NCBI GenBank assembly: GCA_963924565.1
Contig: OZ004613.1
Location: 30,194,001 to 30,258,000 of the forward strand
Direction: 5' to 3'
Source: Ascidiella aspersa
Taxonomy: Eukaryota
DNA length: 64,000 nt
A program made the translations under genes and the position numbers. Each line of letters opens with the position of its first letter. Within the stretch, counting starts at the first letter, position 1. Positions 53,301 through 61,200 of this stretch are shown here, in pieces. Below the pieces are notes generated by a model. That model was not told the origin of the DNA. It did not search any database and saw nothing but the letters and a program-made list of their open reading frames with translations.

Positions 53301-55505
53301 AAATGGTAGAATTTGGAAATTCCTTCTTAACAATAAAACACTAGTCTTTATAACCTTTTTACCATGGTAATTCCCAACTCCCCAACGCCCCAATTTTCAC
53401 AAACCCGGCCCATTTACGAGACGAGCCTTCAGCAATTTGCACGCGCCACCCCGGTTTGTGACGTCAACAATGCCGCACCCCACAAGAAGATGACGTCACG
53501 AGCATAAATCACCGTCGACTTTCACCGACAGCGAAAAACTACAAATCGCATGTAGTCGAGATCTGTTAATCTACAAGCTCAGAGTGGTTTGATCTGCTGG
53601 AATGGCGCACTTGGACCACCCTGGATGCTACGACTACGCTCGGTCGATCTTCAAGTAAATAACTTCGCTTTTCTTGTCGAGGATTTGGATGATTTACGGC
53701 CGCCATTAGGCGCGCAATAAATTACAAGGCTGTGCTGGCATTGTGCTTTGGGATGTCGTCGACAATTTACCACTTTCGCAAGTTAGTATCTGAACAATAG
53801 TACATTACAAAGTACTGGTTAAGATGCTTTATGCTGTGGCCAATGCGAAAATACCAAGGAAAGAACGGCATTTCCTTACTTTGAAGCAACATCCTTACGC
53901 CCTTACTTTGAAGCAACATCCTTACGCCAATTTGACTGTTTAATATCATTTTTGATAAAAGAGTAAAATAGAGCCTATACGGTTTCTATAATTGTCTAAG
54001 GTTTCTATAGTAAGCTCCATTTTAATCTTTTTTTTTAGTTTTTAGATCTTTCCTTTCATGTTATAAAACTTTATCTCAAACATTTCATAGTGATATCTTA
54101 ATTTCAAGCTGTGTTCCTTTAATGTATGGCCGACTGTAATGTTAGTCTGGGATAACATTGTGCAAAAGACGATTTTTGTGTATGAATCTTGTGTCAAATT
54201 TGTGAATGTACTTTTAGGAGGCTTTCATCGGAGTGTTTATTCGAACACGATTTCCATAAACCCTAAACCAGTGCTTCTTAAACTATTTTTAGTTTTGTTT
54301 ACCCCTAGCATCTATCTCCAGATTTCTATTAACCTCTTATGGTTGGTTCACCCCTGCAAAAATTTTGTTTACCCTGGGGTGAACCATTCACCCGTTTAAG
54401 AAACACTGCCCTATCACAGCCAAGGACATCAGAAAATAGCTCAACCTAAAAAACGTTTGCCCTGGAATAAGTTCAAGCGACCGAACAAGGAAACGGGTGT
54501 TTTTTTCTGTCTTGTTTTTGCCTCGAATCAGTGTGTTGATTCTCAACTTTCATATTCCACCCAACGGAACATAAATGTCCTACGAATTCACTTTAATATT
54601 AAAGTATGTAGCTCAATAGCGCCACTGTATTTTGGTGGTTGTATGTCAATGCTGCGAAGGCTCTTTTGTGTATACAATGTATACTCGCGATATATATGAG
54701 TGTAAAGCACACAAGCTTGAAGTTTGTTTTTATGAACCTTTTTTGGTTACGTTGCAACATTTTAAAAGGATGCAATAAAAAGTTGCCTGCATGTGTAATA
54801 GTTTCTTCTTCCGCCAAAAGTGAAAAAGTTTCATAATTTTCGTGAATTTTCATGTAGAAGTTAAGAAAATGTTTTGCTAGTTTTGTTGTCGGTTAATTGT
54901 CAAAAAAAGCAGAATTTGGTCAAATTTGGCTAAAAATACATAAAAACATCATTTGTTGTTTTTGTCGTGAGATTTTTTGGAAAATTACAATACTTTGATT
55001 TCTCTTTCTCCCAAAAAAAATTTTGCTATTTTTTGCGTTTCCGGTGACAGAAACATTAAAAAACCTAAAATCACAGCATGTTAAACAACTAACCTTCGTC
55101 TAAGATGCGGTCGACGTGCATGAAGCACCCGCTCAAGCCCTGGATCTGCTTCTTATCCTGGAGAAGCTGCTTTAAGTAGAGACACTTGTCCCGCATCTTC
55201 CGATCATCCTCACTAAGAGCAACTCCTCCTCCGTTGCCATGGTGATTTGCTCCACAGGAGGCGCTCATTCCACTCCCGGAAGAAGGCGAGGTGCTGCTGC
55301 TTGGGGGACTGATCAGGGGGGTCTGCTGGTAGCCCAGGGGGGCCTTGGGTAGTGCAGGGGGTGGGGACTGTAGCATGCTGGGCGGGGGGAGGCTGCTGGC
55401 CACTGGGACGCCGCCCTGACCCGCCTGGGCCAGCAGCTGGAGTTGAACCGGATGCATAAACTGTTCGTCGTGTATCGCTGTGGGGGAAACACCGACAGGT
55501 TGAAA
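29302..55505 (-). CDS. QKI: Quaking (STAR/GSG family KH-domain RNA-binding protein), whole coding span
   Basis: QUA1 (two alternative exons), KH with GPRG loop ([64 protein letters not shown]), QUA2 ([23 protein letters not shown]), a Pro/Tyr-rich tail and RVHPYQR. The isoform from ATG 48114 to stop 29302 totals 1227 nt (408 aa). Confidence 0.97.
31332..31479 (-). CDS. QKI: quaking tyrosine-rich exon (last common exon)
   Basis: TIMTNGLS...[27 protein letters not shown], homologous to vertebrate LIYTPYEYPY...EYPIEPSGVL; phase-1 donor G|GTAAGA. Confidence 0.92.
31995..32116 (-). CDS. QKI: quaking proline-rich exon
   Basis: [41 protein letters not shown], resembling the vertebrate PRIITGP...LRTPTPAGP region; phase 1/0. 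Confidence 0.9.
32411..32448. promoter_or_regulatory. RFX X-box cluster in a quaking intron
   Basis: Perfect GTTGCCATAGCAAC (32411-32424) followed by GTTGTCTAGGAAC and an overlapping GGAACCATAGCAAC. Confidence 0.6.
32655..32739 (-). CDS. QKI: quaking QUA2 exon
   Basis: [28 protein letters not shown], phase 0/1. Confidence 0.96.
33529..33672 (-). CDS. QKI: quaking KH exon (second half)
   Basis: [48 protein letters not shown]; 144 nt, GTGAGT donor. Confidence 0.97.
35855..36010. repeat. repeat family D (CCGATA/TATCGG-rich, carries a TGACGTCA)
   Basis: Related in reverse orientation to 7995-8075 (ccgataccaaatgacgtcattacta) and to the 21939-22010 fragment. Confidence 0.55.
37741..38080. repeat. 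family A repeat, inverted tandem array (foldback)
   Basis: Two + units (37741-37870) followed by two - units (37905-38080). Confidence 0.85.
39807..40152. mobile_element. hAT-type MITE (TIR CAGYGGTTCTCAACC)
   Basis: cagcggttctcaacc ... ggttgagaaccactg terminal inverted repeats with subterminal gggcca motifs; no clear target-site duplication. Confidence 0.75.
44477..44593 (-). CDS. QKI: quaking KH exon (GxxG loop)
   Basis: [39 protein letters not shown]; 117 nt, phase 0/0. Confidence 0.97.
45780..45907 (-). CDS. QKI: quaking shared exon (end of QUA1, start of KH)
   Basis: tttttag acceptor; (E)[42 protein letters not shown]; GTAAAA donor. Confidence 0.95.
47715..48114 (-). CDS. QKI: quaking alternative 5' coding exon B (Pro/Ser/Gln-rich N-terminus plus QUA1 copy B)
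   Basis: ATG in the context AAAAC-ATG. Encodes MNFSNMQQ...[32 protein letters not shown], then a phase-1 donor G|GTAAGA at 47714. Confidence 0.9.
49146..49400 (-). promoter_or_regulatory. candidate promoter / non-coding leader exon for quaking isoform B
   Basis: CpG-rich segment ending at a GTAAGC donor (49145), with a matching ccttatttccag acceptor at 48218, 103 nt upstream of ATG 48114. Confidence 0.45.
50551..50658. repeat. ~55-bp tandem duplication
   Basis: taaaactgattt(t)aacattac..tttaagcactaccctttaacacattttttt occurs twice. Confidence 0.85.
50795..50965 (-). repeat. family A repeat, two tandem units
   Basis: ttctgtatgggctgtggtattcattctacg(c/t)ctaactacaac occurs twice. Confidence 0.8.
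52021..52454. mobile_element. MITE family B copy
   Basis: agtgttgtaatgactttagtcaataact ... aatgacttgtttgcgacactg, with internal gacttgact repeats. Confidence 0.7.
53874..53928. repeat. 27-bp tandem duplication
   Basis: ccttactttgaagcaacatccttacgc occurs twice. Confidence 0.9.
54269..54408. mobile_element. hAT-type MITE
   Basis: cagtgcttcttaaac ... gtttaagaaacactg TIRs; degenerate 8-bp TSD ccctaaac / ccctatca; internal tcacccc/ttacccc repeats. Confidence 0.7.
55094..55505 (-). CDS. QKI: quaking alternative 5' coding exon A (Pro/Ser/Gln-rich N-terminus plus QUA1 copy A)
   Basis: Encodes ...[32 protein letters not shown], then a phase-1 donor G|GTTAGT at 55093. First in-frame ATG is at 55457 and there is a candidate acceptor at 55506; the true 5' boundary is uncertain. 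Confidence 0.85.
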
Positions 55506-55559
55506 CTGCAAGGGGCAGGGGAGCTGCTGAATCGCCTCAATCTTGACGTTTTATTTTTG

Positions 55560-55700
55560 CCGCTGCTGATTCGTTAGTTCAAGCTGTTGCTGGTTGCTGC
55601 TTCTCTCGAGGTTTGGCGCCCTGCTATTGGTGCGCACGCTGATCACGTGACGGATTAGTGGCCAATGGGAAGGGGCGACAGGTTTGGGGATTGAGTTAGT
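55560..55700 (-). promoter_or_regulatory. candidate proximal promoter of quaking isoform A
   Basis: GC-rich segment with E-box CACGTG (55644-55649), CCAAT box (55662-55666) and a GGGGCG box immediately upstream of exon A. Confidence 0.45.
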
Positions 55701-55789
55701 AGTGATTAATACAGATCGTTAATGATGGCTAAAGCTCTGCAAAAACAAATTAACATGTATGAAGCGTATAACAATGGTTATCATTGGAG

Positions 55790-55878
55790 CATAATAGTTG
55801 GAGGTTGTAGTTAGACGTAGTAAGAATATCAAAGCCTTTACAGAAGTAGTCAGCATTTGGAACGTTTCGAATAACTCT
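55790..55878 (+). repeat. family A repeat
   Basis: Near-consensus unit just upstream of the quaking exon A promoter. Confidence 0.8.
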
Positions 55879-57790
55879 TTATTCACGTCCAACATAGCGG
55901 GAAGGAACCCAATGTTTAACATGTGGTAGAATCGGTATGTCGTTATGACAGAATTGGAGGTTATAAAAAATATTTGTTTTAAACTGTCAAAAATGCCACA
56001 ATTTTTTGTTGCATTCTGTGCAGCTTCTGAAAAAATCTTCAGAGGAATTCTGTCCGCTAGGGGCGCTCAAGTTCTACATCTTTCCACAACCGCTCTGTTT
56101 TGTTTTGAGATTTTGAATCAAGTGCTACTCAACTTTTGCCAGAGCAATTATTCTGAATACGTACGTATTTTTTTACAAAAAAATGATCAGGCGTCTTTAA
56201 GATAAAGCAATGCCAGTTTGAAATCTGTATAAATTTCTTTGCTCTGGTAAAGGAAGTTAGAAATCTCCTACACACAAATTGAAAATTTTTAAATGAAAAA
56301 ACAAAATTTTATAAATGAAAAACAGTTGAAGTCAACAATGTACGAACTCCAATGATCTACAAGTGCGATTCTTTTTTGTGAGATTTCAGGAAAAACACTT
56401 GCACAGCCAGAAACTCGTAAACCAGAAGTTTATTTACGATGAAAATTTTTATTTTGATACGGGCCAAGTTTGTAATTCCACAGGATTTGCCTGAAAGCTG
56501 ATTAAATAAACAGTTAAAGAAACAAAGAACTATTTTTTGCCGCACATTTTTTCACGATTTTTGAACAGAAAGCCACAACAAAATAAACTAACCTTAAAAA
56601 CATTGTGAAAAAATGTTTCGGAAAAGGATTTCTTTTTAGAGAAATACTTGATATCTCTTTTTTTTACATTCTTATGTTCAATTAGCCGCCGTACATTTTC
56701 TCCACGAACAATTTCTCCAACGCCTTGAACAATTTTGTCCAAAATACGACGATTTTTTGCACGATTTTCGGATTTTACGCGCATTTCTCCGGCCAAGGCG
56801 CGCTAGATTGCAGCTTTGGCGCTTTGCACGCAACAAATTCGCGTCTATTCTTATCAAACAATCGCGATCGCGATCGGGTAAACAAAGCACCACTATGCTC
56901 TCACAATCGCGCTCTCTTTCACACAAAGAACTTATTTTTCTCGTGCACCACTTTTTATTTTATGTACCCGTGACCGATGTGGTTCATCAGATTAATTTGA
57001 AGTTTGAATATGTTCTGTGCATTAGGCCAGGAGAAAATACGAATGAGCATTCGGACGATTCTTTATTTTTTTTTTTTTAACAAACGACTTTAATAATCTG
57101 GATTTAGTTAAACAGCCGATGGAAATTCGTAATTTGGAAATTTTCAAACAGATAAATAGAAATTAAAGTAGTCGAAAAAAACACTCAGGTTATTGAAAAT
57201 TTCAATTCTTCAAAAAGAACGTATATACATAAATACAGCTAAAGAATTTGCACAGATTCAACGGCTAAATAGACGTAAATAGCCTACCTATATACATTTA
57301 TAGCGTACTGGTCGTTTATATTGACATTTATCGAAATTCTACAAAAAAAATATTCAGATTGTACCCTTCGCAGTTCTACAAAATGAGTTCTTTCTTAAAT
57401 AGCCATATAAATTGAAACGCTATCAAAACGCCACCAAGTTTAGAGCTTAATGGCTTGATGTGTTGTTCAACTTGGAATAAATACACGAAGCTCAAACAGA
57501 ATGCATTTTGAACGTTAGATAATTAATGGCTGGAGGTTGTAGTTAGACGTAAAATAAAGCTCCAAAGTTGAAAATGAATAAAGAGTTATTCGAAACGTTC
57601 AAAATATGCGACCTACTCCAGTATGGACTTTGATATTCGTTCTAATCCACTTAGTCTTGCGAGCTTATGTGGTATGTCTTGTATAATGTTGCGGTATGCA
57701 TCGGATTTTCCCACTCGCACCGATGTGTGCAGATAGTAGGATCACAACTTGGCTTTATTGCTTGTTTGAAAACTCACATAAACCATGACC

Positions 57791-58220
57791 CAGGGTTGTA
57801 ATGACTTACAACAAGTAACGGTGCACTTAAGTAACTGTTTTGAAATTACTCATGACAACTAATTGACCAATACATGAATATACACTTTTTGTTAGTTTTT
57901 CGTACAAATTTGTATTTGAAACAATTTTTTCGATAAATGTTACGTTTTTTTGCGAATGAAAATGTCACTCAAGATCAGACGAGTTTCTCAGTTTTAATAA
58001 TTTAACATTATATTTTGATGCAAATGACTTGAGTTATATGACCTTGAGCGAATTTACTTGCTTAATCTAAGTTCTTTTGCAAATGACTTTTTTAACATTT
58101 TATTTTAATGCAATAACCTTGATTTATATAACCGTGACTTACATTGGGGCTTTACTTACTTTTTGCAAATGACGTGAAATAAACTAAGGTTATTTTGCAA
58201 ATGACATATTTACAACATTT
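57791..58220. mobile_element. MITE family B copy (diverged)
   Basis: cagggttgtaatgactt ... gcaaatgacatatttacaaca. Confidence 0.55.
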
Positions 58221-61200
58221 TAAACTAGTAATAAAAAGGCGATAACAAAAACAAGTGATACTTAACAAACTTGCTTGACAACTTAGATCTGTTCACCTAT
58301 CAGTTATTTGTCCGTTCTAGTTCTAGGTCAAGGCCTTGTAAGCCTAAATCGGTTCATGGGTTGGAACCACGCTTGGCTTGTTCTTGCTTTGCATTCCGCG
58401 CAAGTTTGAAAACAAACAAAAAGCTCGTGTTCAGTTTGTTTTTACCAGCAACAATTTTCTGCGTGGTTACGCCTGCTAAAATAACTTAGTTGAAACTGCA
58501 TTTTTCACGCTTAAAATTGTCTTAAGTACGGACATGTTCATTGTTTTTGTTTTTTTAGTCGATTTCCTTATCAAATTAAACGTTGCGCCTAATATTTCCA
58601 AAGTAGTATTGACGAAACTTGAAAAAAATCTAATAATCATGTTTGTCTTTATTTTATACTTGCTTGATAATGAATTGCAAAGCCAAAAAGGTTTACTACT
58701 CATTCACATTAACTGAATACAATACAAGTTCGTATTAAAAGGTCTTTATCAAGATGCTGTCGATCTACTAGACCTATATGGCTTTGACATTTATTATCAA
58801 GCTATAATGAAAATGTTGTAAAATTTGACTAAAAAAATCTTTTCAAACTTAAACCACAAGTTTACCAGAAGTCAGGGCAAAAAGTGAGTAAAAATGCGAA
58901 ATGTTATTTCTAACAAGCTTCCTTAAAATTCGAACGCATCGATGAACGACATAAAAATAATAAATGTTCAAAACGAATAAATGAAAAAATAGCGTAAACG
59001 ACTAACGATGTAAAACGGAGAATTTTCATCGCCATAAAGTTTCAAGATCGCCTGATAAAGCGCGAAACTTTAAATCTCCAATCGACGTAAATCTTGTATA
59101 AGAGTCTTAAAAATTGAACCTGATATGGGCTCCGTGTTTGCTGCATGAATCATAACACGAAAGATTTCGTCCGATCTTGGTGAGTTTGGTCGAATGCGAT
59201 ATGGCCATAAGCCCCTTTACTGCGATGCTTAGCCTTAATAAAATTTTCACGGGCGCATTTATGGCCAACGCCGATTTATGCGCCATTCAAGGACCCTAGA
59301 ATGTCGCACTTTCCCGCCATAAAATGCATAATTTAACGCATTTAATACGTCACTGCATGAAGGTGCACGCGAATGACTGGAATGACGGGAATATTTAGAA
59401 AGAATAAAATTATGCTGTTTATAAGTTTAAACGAGATGGAATTCAGCGTAAATTCACTTAAGGCGCACACGATAAAAAAATATTTACAATGTTTAAACTC
59501 ATATAGTTTACCAGAATTATTTTTCAATCAATTCTATGAATTAGAAAAATAGGACGGATGTCTTCTTTTTTAAAGATATATTAACACATTAAAACAAACT
59601 TTTTTCCTTACAAATTAAACTTTACAAAAATACACTTTGAAATTAAATTTTTTATATAAAATAACCTTTTTTTGAATACCTTAAACGTGAAAGGGCATTT
59701 TTGAAGTGCCTTTTTTGGCAACAGATTGTTGTTGTCTCAGTTTTAAGAGTTATACAATTTAAATTGTCGTACTTTTTTCAGCTTAATTTACAAACGCCCA
59801 AAAATTATACAAACTGAGCTTATAAAACCTGACGTCATTAACAACCTCTTTTCCGCTAAGTTCTGCTAAACAGTGGGCTTTGGCAGTTTAATCATTTCGA
59901 CAACTCGTCGTACCCCGAAGACATTATCCATCAAACCAGTTATATCAACACTTCCACCGGGAGCCAAACATTTCCTGCGTAATGTTTGGCACAAAGTCAA
60001 GCACAACGCTTCGGTTCTGAACTAATCGTGATTATTGTTTTTCTTCGTATTGCGGTACTTACAATATTACAAGGAAACTATACCTACCTGTTGTAGTAGG
60101 AATAACAAAGGCAAAGTCAATGCAAATGTAGGATTTTGAACGTTTCGAATACCTCTTTAAATAAGAAAATATTTGAAACGTTTAAAATGCTACCAACATC
60201 TGTAGGGGGGACTTTTCGTACTATACGTCTAACTACAACATCAAATCATTGTAAAATCGTTTTTCCGGCAATTTTTTAATTATTATTACTTTTTTTTAAA
60301 TAATTGCCTGATGAACAATTATTTTAAAAATGATAAAATGCCTGGCAGCCACAATATAATTAATACTTGAACGCCTTTCAAATATAAAAAGACGCAACTA
60401 TACATTGAATCAAACCTTTTTACAACATTAAGTTGTCTGCTCTATTCTCGGCTTGATAACGCCAGCTATTAACCTCTGCACACCGGTTGTTACACAACTT
60501 CATTTACACCAAAAATCTATTCATATCCACGCATTAATAACACTGCCAAGAATGCTCAGGAGTTGTGCTTTATTGTACAAACGCTCATTGATGTCTCGAA
60601 GTCTCTTTCACTTTAATTCTTCTTTAAAATTACTACGATTCTTCGGTAAACTACGCACGGATCTGTAATGAGCTTAAAAATGAACGTCAGAGCCAAAAAG
60701 GTCGAGTAGATCGACATCAAAAATTAGTGTTATGTATTTCTTGTCCTTTGTACACCTGAAAGCACATCCGTTATTATACATAACCTTTAGCGCACAAAAG
60801 TCTAAATTCAAGGTCCCTTTTGTTTGTGCCGCGAGATACATTTCTCGTGGGCGAGGAGTTCGATCGCAAACCGGTTGCAATTAGGTCTAAAGTTTCGCCG
60901 CTTTTTCGTTTTTATCTCGTCATTCAACCCCGCTTAACTGCGCTCGGCTCATATGTCGAGCTCAATTTGCTGGCAAGGTCCTCTATTCTTCGGATTTTCG
61001 GTTCTATATTGGTTAGGCGAGAAATGGCGCTGATGATGTCTAAGTACACGGCTGTGTGTGAATTATGTTTCGGAAATCTAAGCTATTAGGGCAAACATGA
61101 AAATACATATGCCGGTTTACCTATAAGGAAAAAAGGGGCTAATTAGGCAACTAACCTTATAGTTTAAAACGCATTTTAAACAAGAATTTTTTTAGTTTAC

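Noticed and set aside
55089-55511. Exon A as a separate second quaking paralog or pseudogene
   Set aside because: No second KH/QUA2 body was found between 48 and 55 kb, and the intact frame and phase-1 donor match the shared acceptor at 45908. An alternative exon is the simpler reading.
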